From the NCBI GenBank assembly GCA_964016885.1, contig OZ024740.1, positions 105,834,001-105,898,000 on the forward strand: a DNA stretch of 64,000 nt, written 5' to 3'. This stretch comes from Eledone cirrhosa (taxonomy: Eukaryota). Within the stretch, counting starts at the first letter, position 1. Each line of letters begins with the position of its first letter. The position numbers were made by a program, and so were the translations under genes. Shown one piece after another: positions 52,901 through 64,000 of this stretch. The notes under the pieces were generated by a model. That model saw only the letters and a list, made by a program, of their open reading frames with translations, did no database searches and was not told the DNA's origin.

Positions 52901-54347
52901 AGAAATGGAGGTAACACAAGACATTTTTCAGGAGACAAACTACGATATTCAAGCATTTCGTAAGTTTGTGGATGAAAATGAACCTCGATTGATGGATGAC
53001 CAGAAATACGCCTACCACAATATCATCAAAAACATTCAAAATGGCAGGGGAGGACTTTTCTTCATCGATGCTCCTGCTGGCACAGGCAAGACATTCCTCA
53101 TAAATCTCCTGCTTGCAAAAGTTCGCCAAAAGCAACATATTGCCTTTGCTGTGGCTTCAGGTGGCATTGCAGCAACACTTCTGGATAGAGGAAGAACTGC
53201 ACAGTACATGTTTAAGCTGCCCATAGATCTCACACGGCATGAACAATCTTTTTGCAACATCAAGAAGAACTCAGCCAAGGGCAAGCTTCTGCAAACATGC
53301 AAGATGATAATTTGGGATGAAGCTACTATGAGCCACAAAGGAGCAATTGAAGCTTTGGACCGGACGATAAGGGATCAGAGAAAAAATTGTTGCACAATGG
53401 GAGGAGTGACAATGGTTCTTGATGGTGATTTCAGACAAACTCTGCCTGTAATTCTTCGAAGGACTCGAGCTGATCAGGTCAATGCCTGTCTGAAAACATC
53501 CTATCTCTGGCCCCACTTTCAGCTGCTGAACCTTACACCCAACATGCGAGTGCACTTAACTGGTGACGAAGGTGTCAGTGAGTTTGCCATCCAACTACTT
53601 AAATTGGGAAGTGGACTTCTTGAAAAGGACTCCAATGACCATATTCAGTTGTCATTTGTCCATACCCTTGACACAGAACAAGAACTGATTGCCAGAGTGT
53701 TTCCAAACATTCATACCAGGCAATGTGATCCGAAATGGCTCTGTGAACGAGCAATCTTAGCACCTAAAAATGTTGCCGTGAAAGAAATCAACAGAAGGCT
53801 GCTGGAGATGTTACCGGGAGAGAAAATATGCTACAAATCAGTTGACACAATTACTTCTCAAGACCAGGTTGTAAACTATCCAACTGAATTTTTGAACAGT
53901 CTTGAACAAGCGGGAGTTCCTCCACACAACCTGATACTGAAGCTTGGAGCATCAGTTATGCTACTTCACAATCTGGATCCTCCAAACTTTTGTAATGGCA
54001 CAAGACTCATCATCAAAAATATGATGTCCAATGTTCTAGAAGTTGCAATCATGTCAGGAAAACTTGCTGGTGACAATTGTTTCATTCCCAGAATACCTCT
54101 GAAGCCAACTGATTTGCCATTTGAATTTCAAAGACTTCAATTTCCGATCAGGCTCAGTTTTCCCATGACCATTAATAAATCTCAAGGGAAATCATTGAAA
54201 GTCGTTGGGTTGAATGTGGCAGATCCTGTCTTTTTGCATGGTCAAATCTATGTTGGCACAACAAGGGTTGGCAATCGTGATTGTCTCTTCATTATGGCAC
54301 CACAGGGCAAAACCAAGAATGTTGTTTATCCAGAGGCTTTGGAATGA
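49992..54347 (+). pseudogene. Helitron Rep/helicase (HUH-Y2 endonuclease plus PIF1-family helicase), intronless, with several frameshifts and stops
   Basis: MPRKRS start; CQYC..W..E....CC..GKV; YNSAFQMTSFG; LQYPL; LPSSFTGGPRYM; PDLFITFTCN; WQKRDLPHSH; YVTKY; APAGTGKT; IIWDE; DFRQTLPV; TINKSQG. Confidence 0.95.
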
Positions 54348-55220
54348 GCAATGTCGTAATTCCTCATTCAATGACAATCCACACAGATCCTAATTCCTTA
54401 GTCATGTAGTTTGCAAGGAATTCTGAAGCCGCAAATTTACTGCACGGTGTTACTTTGGAAGAATATGCAGGCATTCCCGGGTACCTCTGCTATATAAAGT
54501 AGTATAAGTGACAACTTTGTTGGGTAGAGATAACAGCCAAATTTCCGTCAAATCCCACCTTACTTTCTCAAGTATGTATATATGTATGAAGCAAAAAGGA
54601 ATGGTTGTATGTGATAACTCGATCTACTAGAAATATTAGCAAAATCCATTTCAAATCACAAAAAACTGTCTTACACACATACATGTGTATGTATCTATAT
54701 ATGTCATGTGAGCCACTATAACTGTTGGTATAGCTAATAGAAATAGAAAACAAATCTCCCTCAAACAAGATCCTACTGCCATAGAGGCAAAGATTGGTGA
54801 AAGCTACAGTGTACAAATTTAAATACACTTTCCCCGAATTACAGAAATGAGTAAGTAAATGCTTCATTCAATCATAAACCAATGCTAAAAATATTTTTTA
54901 ATAATGGTTTTTAAAATAGTCTTTACATGTTGTTTCAATAAATAAAAAAAATCTAAATGTATTTTTTTTGGTCATGCCCTGACAACATACCTAATGATCC
55001 ATCTATGAGTAAAGCATTATATATGCTGACTGTAATAGGGAGCAGTATTCAAAAAAATCACCACTGGAAAAAACTAATATTTTTATCTAGATGATTTACT
55101 TTGACCAAACGGCAATAAATATTCTGCTATAATTCCTACTTTGGTTAAAATTCAGCAATCATATTTGAACGGTCAAATATTTTGTATTGTGTGCCAAATA
55201 TATTGTAACTTTCATAAAAT

Positions 55221-55248
55221 ATCCGGGTATCACCGGGTAGCTCAGCTA

Positions 55249-55249
<1 letters not shown>
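55221..55249 (+). mobile_element. Helitron 3' terminus
   Basis: Hairpin ATCCGG-GTATCA-CCGGGT, then CTAG|T. Confidence 0.85.
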
Positions 55250-55301
<52 letters not shown>

Positions 55302-55303
<2 letters not shown>

Positions 55304-55872
55304 TGTATATAAATAGTGTATTTGGTAACACACTGTATGCTTAATTTAAAGCATTTTGAAGACCTTACGCTATTATTTTAAAGTAGTGACTATGTCACTT
55401 ACTTCTTTTTTCAACAAACAAAGACACATAAGCTGACAGATCTCTGGTTCATACTGTTGGTATTCCTCAGAGCTTAGCACTCTCCTTGTCTGTTGAAAAT
55501 TATGAATGTTGGATTCTTATAGAATTCTAGTAATAATCAGAAACTGATTATACAGAGAGGTTGCCGGTCCAGCAAAAATTTAAAATTAGAATTGGTGCTC
55601 TGAAATAGCGATGTATATATGAATGTATATATAATGTATTTGGTAATACACTGTATGCTTAATTAAAAGCATTTTGAAAACCTTACGCTATTGTTTTAAA
55701 GTATTAACTATGTCACTTACTTCTTTTTTCAACAAACAAATACACTATATATTAGCGTAAAACAATAGCGTAAAGTCTCTTCAAACTGCTTTTAATTAAG
55801 CATACAGTGTATTACCAAATACACTATATATACATTCATATATACATCGCTATTTCAGAGCACCAATTCTAA
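55302..55872 (-). mobile_element. Retrozyme-like 318-nt tandem monomer (about 1.4 units) with an inverted tail
   Basis: Direct repeat 55317 versus 55635; inverted 55757-55872; HHR at 55429-55476. Confidence 0.75.
55429..55476 (-). ncRNA. Type I hammerhead with one core deviation (GAAC)
   Basis: UAAGCU-CUGAGGA-AUAC CAACA GUAU-GAAC-CAGA GA UCUG-UC-AGCUUA. Confidence 0.8.
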
Positions 55873-55996
55873 TATATATATATCACGATAAATTAACGGA
55901 GCCACAGACTCTCGCTATTCCCTGTCATTAATGTGCTCACGTGTGGCTGGACGGTCGCTTTAGATTCTTTTAGTGTTGTCTGAAATGTATAGCCTT

Positions 55997-56079
55997 ACAC
56001 ACGCTGATGAACCTTAGGCTAATCATTTCTGTCAAGAAATTAGTTGGTTAAACAGATCCTGTTGGATTTGTACGTGTGT
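55997..56079 (+). ncRNA. Degenerate hammerhead
   Basis: CUGAUGA-ACC...GGU-UAAA (G12U)-CAG AUC CUG-UU; possible stem I ACACACG/CGUGUGU. Confidence 0.5.
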
Positions 56080-56277
56080 GTTAGATAGTTATCAAGGTAC
56101 GTATTTGAACTTTTATTTATACTTTTAATTATTGTGTGTCTACTTTGCCTTCCATGGGCTATAGATTCCATACACTGGTGGTTTTTCCCTGTTTGACTGA
56201 TGGCGCACTATCTCTCTCTCTGGTGTGTTATCTTTTCTACATATTGTATTATATATATATCTATCTATCTATCTATC

Positions 56278-56304
<27 letters not shown>

Positions 56305-56311
<7 letters not shown>

Positions 56312-56857
56312 ACATAGAAATAAAAATAGAATCCACACACAGAAAAGATGCAATGTTTAGGCAAATTACAGAGGCAGTAAGCATAAAAGAATTACAACCA
56401 AAATTAAATAGAAAATATGAGTGGAACAACAACATCACAACTTACAATTAAGGACAAAATGAAAACACACACACACATAGAACAAACAACCAACCAACAA
56501 CATGTAAATAAATAAACAAATAGATAAATGAACACAAACACACACAGACACCCGGATGTGGCGCATGCGCAAACTGAGCACACAACACACACACAGAAAC
56601 AAAATGGCGTAGGACAGAAGAAAAGAAAGGCACAGAAACAAAGAAAGGAATCCCCAGTCACTGAAGAGGTCACAGAGTGTGTGACGAAAGGACTATGACT
56701 ATATATAAACAACTATCTGGTTGTGGAACCAACCAACCAACCAGAATTTATAAGTTTATGGATTTGTAAATTTATAAATTTATAAATATATAATAAATTG
56801 AAGTGAAAGCAACTGGTGCGTGTGTTTCTTATTGGCAACATGATCCTCCCAAAGTAT

Positions 56858-56863
<6 letters not shown>
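56305..56863 (+). mobile_element. PLE 3' end: GIY-YIG C-terminus and 3' UTR
   Basis: RQITEAVSIKELQPKLNRKYEW; tail ATGATCCTCCCAAAGTATAACAAT shared with 29195 and 61433. Confidence 0.8.
56656..56700 (+). ncRNA. Minimal hammerhead with a 1-nt insertion after the core
   Basis: AGUCA-CUGAAGA-G-GUCACA GAGUG UGUGAC-GAAA-G GA C-UA-UGACU. Confidence 0.8.
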
Positions 56864-56902
<39 letters not shown>

Positions 56903-56990
56903 AATATATATTTATGTATATATATATACTTATATGTATGTCTATATATATATATATATATATATGTTTATATTTACATATACATATATG

Positions 56991-57025
<35 letters not shown>

Positions 57026-57028
57026 ATT

Positions 57029-57064
<36 letters not shown>

Positions 57065-57113
57065 CATACATATTTGTATATCTATCTATCTATCTATATT
57101 TATATATAAATAC

Positions 57114-57178
<65 letters not shown>

Positions 57179-57194
57179 TAAATTTACATATACA

Positions 57195-57237
<43 letters not shown>

Positions 57238-57296
57238 ATGTATATATGTATATATATATGTATATATATGTATATATATATATGTATATATATATG

Positions 57297-57342
<46 letters not shown>

Positions 57343-57439
57343 GATATATATATATATATTTATATATATATATATTTATATATATATACATACATATATG
57401 TATATCTATCTATCTATCTATATTTATATATATAAATAC

Positions 57440-57493
<54 letters not shown>

Positions 57494-57545
57494 GTGTGTA
57501 TGTATGCCTATATATGAGTGTGTTTGTGTGTACGTATGTATATGT
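56864..57545. repeat. Long degenerate (TA)n array
   Basis: Read directly from the sequence. Confidence 0.95.
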
Positions 57546-58039
57546 GCGACTGCGTTGTGTGTATAAACATATAATGTAAACTGAACGAAAACATAATAAA
57601 TCATGGCTTACATATCAAAATATTTATTTTTTCACGCTGGGCATAATGATCTTACTGCGAGATAGATGCTTGTAAAATAATAGACATAATTATACTTGCT
57701 ATCAGCAGGGATCTCCAAAGACATATTTGCTCGAGATAGATTCATTTATATATTCTTGGCGACGTAAATCCGAACACAAGATATGATAAACAAATGAGAT
57801 ATTTCGTAGGAATCAAATCTCTTTGGGAATAGAAATTCTCTATACTACAACTGTTCTGTAAATTCATGTATAAAATTAAACCACATAATTGAAGCTTCAT
57901 CTATAAATATTTGTTATACTAGCTTGTTTTATCGCAGTGTCGCTTTTAGCTTTTCATTTTATTTGTGCTCTGTGGGATAGAGCTGTTAAAGTTTGTATTT
58001 TTATATTCTGCGTGCAAATCTTTGTGTTGAATCTCCGTC

Positions 58040-58322
58040 GGTTCCGACTATGAGCCTTTCAGTTGGGTCAATCAATGGAATAGCTTGATCGTGAAATTAA
58101 TATGCAAAAAGCTGAACATTCTACAATGATGGTTATATTTAACGTAGTTCTCAGGGAGATTCAGCATAACACAGAGTGTGGCAAGGTTAACTATTTCGAT
58201 TAGAACTCATTTTGTCCGAGTAGACTGGGGTAAAGAGAAATAAAGTGTCTGGCTTGAGAACACAACGTGCCTCAGGGAGTCGTGTTCATGACCTTACGAT
58301 CGTGGGCCGACCACCCTAACAA
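58040..58322 (-). mobile_element. Second, older tRNA-derived SINE family (CORE-like)
   Basis: Minus strand GTTAGGGTGGTCGGCCCACGATCGTAAGGTC...TGTGTTCTCAAGCCAGACACTTTA. Confidence 0.5.
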
Positions 58323-58424
58323 CAAAGTACCCTTTAGAGCCATGAAAAATTCTCATCTCACAACTTTTTTAATTTAAAAAAACTGATTTATTTGAATTAA
58401 TGTCTTCATCTTAGTTGTTATAAT

Positions 58425-58466
58425 CACGACGTTTCGGCCTTTGTACCATCCCAGATTCTTCAAGTG
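58425..58466 (-). ncRNA. Degenerate minimal hammerhead
   Basis: CAC-UUGAAGA-...GGCC-GAAACGUC-GUG; stem II is weak. Confidence 0.5.
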
Positions 58467-59970
58467 TCTGTCGTATTTGATAATATTCTTGAAATACCGA
58501 ACACCCTCAAGCAAAATAACAAATATAAAATTACACATACATTATTTCGAGAATATATACAACTACATTTTCTGATGAGAAAAATACAATTAGATCATCT
58601 GGAATGTTACCCGCTGTTTTATCAATCTGATATCCTCTTATCACTATGTAATCAGAGCTTGGCAACAAAACCTTGTGAGCTTTTTGTGATAACAGAGGTA
58701 ACTAGTTATTTACCGCAACAAAATCTCATTTCTTTAAAACGACATTCTCATTAAATAGCATCCTTCAACCCTATTATTTATATTTCCTTCATGCTCAGAT
58801 ATATTCTATATGAAACATTTGACGAATAAAATATAGTTTCTTTTCTCTAATAATAAAATCTCTTGCAGCGCAAAGTCGTAGATCATATTCTTTTGTATCA
58901 CACCATCAATAAAATAAATGCTATTTTCACATCAAATAATATTGATTTCTATCTTACGAACAAAATATATTTAGAGATCTTGACGGAGTAAACATTCGAC
59001 TATATTGACCCCATTATTTGATTGGTACTTGTTATATAGATATTGGAACGATTAAAGGAAGATCAACTTAGGAAGCATTAGAATTCTAAAGATAAAGTTG
59101 TTATGGCTGATACTTTTGTAAGTATAACCAGTTACCTATGAGGTTTTGTGCATTATATATTACAAGAGCCCTGGTATTATCATGTTACCATTTCTTCTCT
59201 GAAAGGAGGCTGATTTTAACTCTGAACGCATGGAGCCTCAAAAGATACTGCAATGCTCTAACAGTTCCATCAATCTACTACCCTGGACTTTTATAATATT
59301 TATGATCCTAAAAAGATTAAAGGTAATGTTGAAAATTGCGGAATTTTAACTGAGAACACAGAGTACCTGAACAAACAACACTATGTCTACTGACTATCGC
59401 TCGATATTCCATCAGTGTTTTTACCATTCGATTTTAACATGAAAGAGAATATATTATTTCAATTTGGTATAAATTTCCAGGATTCATAAGAAGACAAAGG
59501 AAATAGACATGTTTTGATGTTCATAGTTTTCAGAAATAGTAGCATAAGTCAAGACGAAAATCTTCAATCGCTGTATTTGAAAATAACTAAGATATTCCCA
59601 GGGACATGTTGTGTTAACAACTTATCGCTGGAAATATTTTAGTTATTTTTAAACAAAAAACGTAAAGCGAAATTTGAACCACAAAACTTAGAATCATTCG
59701 AGACTTCGTTTGATACTCGAATGAACTACTCTCAGATATACGTTAACCGAATTCTTTAGTATAAAGACCAAGAAGTGGGAAGGAGTCCGAGAAATAATAC
59801 AACAATGATATAGCTACATTGTGCATATCACCGTTTTGGTATTTTGTTTATCTCTGAATAGATTCTGTCTTGCATTACCATTTTAATCATGGTTACCAAT
59901 TTAGACATAAGGTCAGCAGGGAGAGCATATTGGTATGTTAGATATTTGAACTCGACTAAAGAGATATGCG

Positions 59971-60199
<229 letters not shown>

Positions 60200-60234
60200 G
60201 TGTATGTATATATGAATATATATATATATATAGT

Positions 60235-60633
60235 TGTATAAATATTTCGTATCTCCAAAGAAATACGGTTTTAGGAAGCCGTAGCTATGCAAACACCGTG
60301 GGGCTAACGCCCTCTGGTGATGTCCAGCAGAAGCAAGGGGGACAACCGTCTATGCATTTCAGGGTTAACTGGCCATCGTCAGGATGGTCCCTGCCACCGC
60401 TTGCGACTGGTGGACTAGAAGACAGGCGAGAATATATAGTTTTCTCGTCTGTGTAAATGAGGTAATTAATCTCATTTGCATATGAAGCTGCATAAGTTGG
60501 CTCAATTTATAATAGTAAAGAAATAGGATTTCGCTTCAAGCATAGCTTTATACAATATGTATAAATATTTCGTATCTCCAAAGCCTGAAATGCATAGACG
60601 GTTGTTCCCTTTGCTTCTGCTGGACATCACCAG
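60235..60633 (-). mobile_element. Retrozyme-like 323-nt monomer with terminal redundancy and a 50-nt inverted piece; HHR at 60344-60390
   Basis: 26-nt direct repeat 60235-60260 and 60558-60583; 60584-60633 is the reverse complement of 60314-60363. Confidence 0.8.
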
Positions 60634-60968
60634 TCTATAGCATAATATGTACAGAGGGTACTTGCAGAAACATGACAACAACATACATAGGTGAGACAGT
60701 TCAAAGCATGGGAGAAAGAATAGACCAACACTGGTGGAATTAAAAGGACAAAAAAGCGGTACAGTACTTTACGAAGACGCTAGACAACAACATGATGGTA
60801 ACATAGACAAAACAGAAATTAAAATAATATCTAAACATATAAATGACCCAACAGGTAGGCAAATCAGAGAAGCAAGCGAAATAGAGCTTAGAAAGCTAAA
60901 GCTAAACAGAAAAAAATGAATCGAATAACAACAACACCCAAACAAACAATACTGACTTAAGAGAAATA

Positions 60969-60999
<31 letters not shown>

Positions 61000-61456
61000 A
61001 TATATACACAAGCACAAACAACAAACACATATAAACACACACTAATAATCTAAGATAGAATACAATAACCAAAACACAGTGACCCAAATGCAAACACACA
61101 CACCAAACACTATACACACACGCAAACACATGTGCACAGACCAAGACAAAAATAAATAAATAAATAAACAGATAAAATAAAATTGGCGTAGATATACAAT
61201 ACAACAAGAGGAAACATAAGAGTACCACTGATGATGTTGCAGATGTGCAACGAAAGAACTTTGTTAGACTATATATATGTATTTATATCTATATGTTTAA
61301 CCTTTGGTCAAGCAGTGATAAACATTGATGGCCAAATGAATTAACTATCGAGATATAAATGATGCAGAAGCGAAAACCAACCAAACAGTGAGTGTGTTCT
61401 GTTATTTTTTCTGGCAATATTATTACAACAATATGACCCTCCCCAAGTATAACAAT
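60632..61456 (+). mobile_element. PLE 3' portion: GIY-YIG endonuclease remnant and 3' UTR with hammerhead at 61221-61270
   Basis: VYSIICTEGTC....YIGET...GERIDQH then RQIREASEI....LNRK; CUGAUGA-U-GUUGCA GAUG UGCAAC-GAAA. Confidence 0.85.
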
Positions 61457-61463
61457 ATATATA

Positions 61464-62580
61464 CTAGACCGAAAAATGCGGGCGCATGTGTATTAATATT
61501 CTTAAATAATAATAAACCTGGAAAAGTACAGGACAAGGAGAATTAACTCTTAAAATATTGAAGCTGGAATTTGAATTTGATGAATTCAATGTACAGTAAA
61601 ATTAGCAATGCCAAGAGATAATAAGAAATAATAATAAATTAGGGGATTTATTAGATATTAAGTCATCAGTTTGCCTAAGTCAGCAATCACCATTTTGCCA
61701 ACCAAATGCAATTAATGTCATCAATCTTTTGTACATAAATTGTCAGTTCATTTAAGTTGTCACTTTTTTTGTCCCTTTAGTGGGTTAATTATACTGTATT
61801 ACTTTAAAAATTGACATTAAAAATTAATTGAAATTAATAGTAAAAAGTAATGAGCTAAATTATGCATAAATTGTCATCATATTAAAATTATTAATCTAAT
61901 TTCATTTAAAAAAAAGTTAAGCCAAAATTTGTCAAGATCGAATTACAGTTGACTCTCCCTAATTGTCAGCGCCATTTTTTACTCAACTTTTATTTTTTGT
62001 GACTCTCCCTAATTGTGAGTCATTTTTACAGTTCCTTTGAGTGACAATTAGAGATAGTCAACTGTATTTCAAAGAGAAAATTTAGTGATCAAGTGCGATA
62101 TCATTCTGATTGATAATCTGGATTACTGTTCCTTTCTTATGAGGAAAGCAGAGACTATCTTTTAGAGATTAGCACCAAAGATTAACTAGGCCATTCCTAA
62201 TGAATCAAGGTGATTTCTAGATCGTTTCTTATTATTTAATTAATAATTAAAGTAAAAAATTATCTTGGTTGTCTTTAGGTCATTCTTGTTTTATTCTAAA
62301 TCTATCCATGAAAGAGCTAGGAATGACCATTCCACATGCCAGTGCCGAAACGCTGGCACAGAAATGCCTGCACCGAAACTTCCTGTTCCATGCCATCTTA
62401 ACACCCTTCACCTCCTTGTGATTAAGTGTGATGTCATAGGCTTATTATTGTACATTTAATTCATCAAATTCAAATTCCAGCTTCAATATTTTAAGAGTTA
62501 ATTGTACTTGTCCTGTATTTTTCCAGGTTTATTATTATTTAAGAATATTAATACACATGCGCCCGCATTTTTCGGTCTAG
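61464..62580. mobile_element. CTAG-bounded element with ~135-bp inverted repeats
   Basis: 61464-61599 versus 62445-62580; terminus resembles that at 45934. Confidence 0.8.
61944..62066. mobile_element. Tc1/pogo-type MITE
   Basis: TA-CAGTTGACTCTCCCTAATTGTCA ... TGACAATTAGAGATAGTCAACTG-TA. Confidence 0.8.
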
Positions 62581-63123
62581 CCCCCCCCCCCCTTTTTTTT
62601 TAGGTATTGCAGCAAATTATTTTATTTAAATTACCTTCACCATTTGCTAAGGCATTTACAATCCGTTTTTCATCAATAAAAATTAATTTTTCATTTCAAT
62701 ATTTCTATAAAATCCAAAATATTAAAATTGAAAAGGTTTTTGTAGAATATAATCAATAGAGACATTTGCCTTTTCTGAACACCCTTACTACAAGCCTTCA
62801 AGTGTGCCCATAGAGACAAAGCTATAATTGACTATACTCCAATGATCAATTTAGAGTTTAACTTAACAAGTGAAGTTATTAAAGATGCTAGAAAAACAAG
62901 CAATTAAAATAACTGAGTCAAAAATAAATAAAATTAAGTAGTAAATAAATTAAATGCCAATAAACAGTGAGCTCAAATTCAACAATAATTTGTCCAGAAT
63001 TAGCATTTAGTCCAAAATAAGCAGCAAGTAGTCAAAAATAAAATTAAGTAGTCCAGAATTAGCAGTAGTCCTAATTATAAGTTAGTAGTCCTAATTATAA
63101 GTTAGTAGTCCAAAATCAAAAAT

Positions 63124-63520
63124 CTAAATTTTTTCCATAAACAAATCAACCACATTAGGTAACTTAGGAGGAAATTTATTGTGCCTTTTTTTGATAATGT
63201 TGTCACTAATTTCATCCCAATTTTCAGCACCACTTTTTACCAGACAAGTATAATGGCCTCCCGTAAATGATACTCCTTCATGAAGAATAGCAGCTTTTAA
63301 TATGAAATTTGTGCCATATATTTGCTGCTTTTTTGAGCTAAAGTTCATAATATCACAATTAATTCTTTGTTCTCCTTCATTATTAATCAAAAATCTACTA
63401 ATTGAGATGACAAGATATTTGAAATCGTTAGTAAATTCAATTCTTGAAGTTATTTGATGCTCTGTATTTTTAGAACAAGTATCACAGTATTTAGTGAAAG
63501 TATTTGTTGTTGAAAACCCC
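63124..63520 (-). pseudogene. C-terminal fragment of a USP/peptidase C19-like cysteine protease domain
   Basis: Open frame: YCDTC...KYLVSSISRF...FILKAAILHEGVSFTGGHYTCLVK....WDEISD (CxxC, His box, Asp). Confidence 0.7.
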
Positions 63521-64000
63521 AGGCCCAGGATCTGACTGACCCCCCCCCACCAATAATAAGAAGCATTAGTATTATTAAAGCATGCGATTTATGTTTATTA
63601 TAATAAAATGAGTGTTTATTGTTAGACAATTGAAAGATATTTTAGCGTATAACTTTTTTACTACTGACCCAAAATTCAATTTCCTTATACCAAAATGTAG
63701 CCTAGGATGAGTCCATTCTAGTGCAAAAGACCTGATCAAATTCGGTTGAGAACTGAATTACTGACAAGTCCTAGAAGTGGCTATCGTTGGGAAAAAGTTG
63801 ACCTTATAAGAATATTATATTCACACACTACCGTGTGTCAATGATATGGCGCGTGGCTGAGTGGTTAGAGAGTTATAATAAATAAAGAAGCGCCCAATAG
63901 TATTATTAAAGTATTTATTTTATATATAGATGTTTCTGTATTTATGTATAAAAGATATAAAACTTACTTTGACATAGACAACTGGGTAATTTACTAGTTT

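Noticed and set aside
51972-54347. 791-aa ORF as a host PIF1 gene
   Set aside because: It is the helicase half of the frameshifted Helitron; its first ~98 residues are out of frame with the real protein.
62930-63115. Short spaced repeats resembling an array
   Set aside because: Irregular AGTAGTCC tandem duplications in a eukaryotic context, without unique spacers; not CRISPR.
63846-63870. tRNA-like A box GGCGCGTGGCTGAGTGGTTAGAG
   Set aside because: No B box or cloverleaf; at most a SINE head fragment.

Overview
AT-rich, microsatellite-dense eukaryotic DNA; the SINE family and repeat content suggest a cephalopod (octopus-like), which is an inference. I found no convincing host exon, and most predicted ORFs are translated microsatellites. 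The window is almost entirely mobile DNA. It holds Penelope-like retroelement (PLE) remnants, two of them large inverted structures, and R4/Dong-type RLE LINEs arranged head-to-tail at (CATA)n tracts. It also holds RTE LINE fragments with a short RTE-derived family, about 12 copies of a tRNA-derived SINE, a frameshifted near full-length Helitron, MITEs and a USP-type protease fragment. The main unexplained signal is about 15 hammerhead ribozyme (HHR) motifs, intact or degenerate, all folded by eye. They include two unrelated ~320-nt tandem monomers that each carry one HHR (non-LTR retrozyme-like), one circularly permuted between two loci and fused to a PLE endonuclease. Several inversion breakpoints fall on HHR stem II or on the predicted cleavage site. 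Coordinates were counted by hand and may be off by a few bases.
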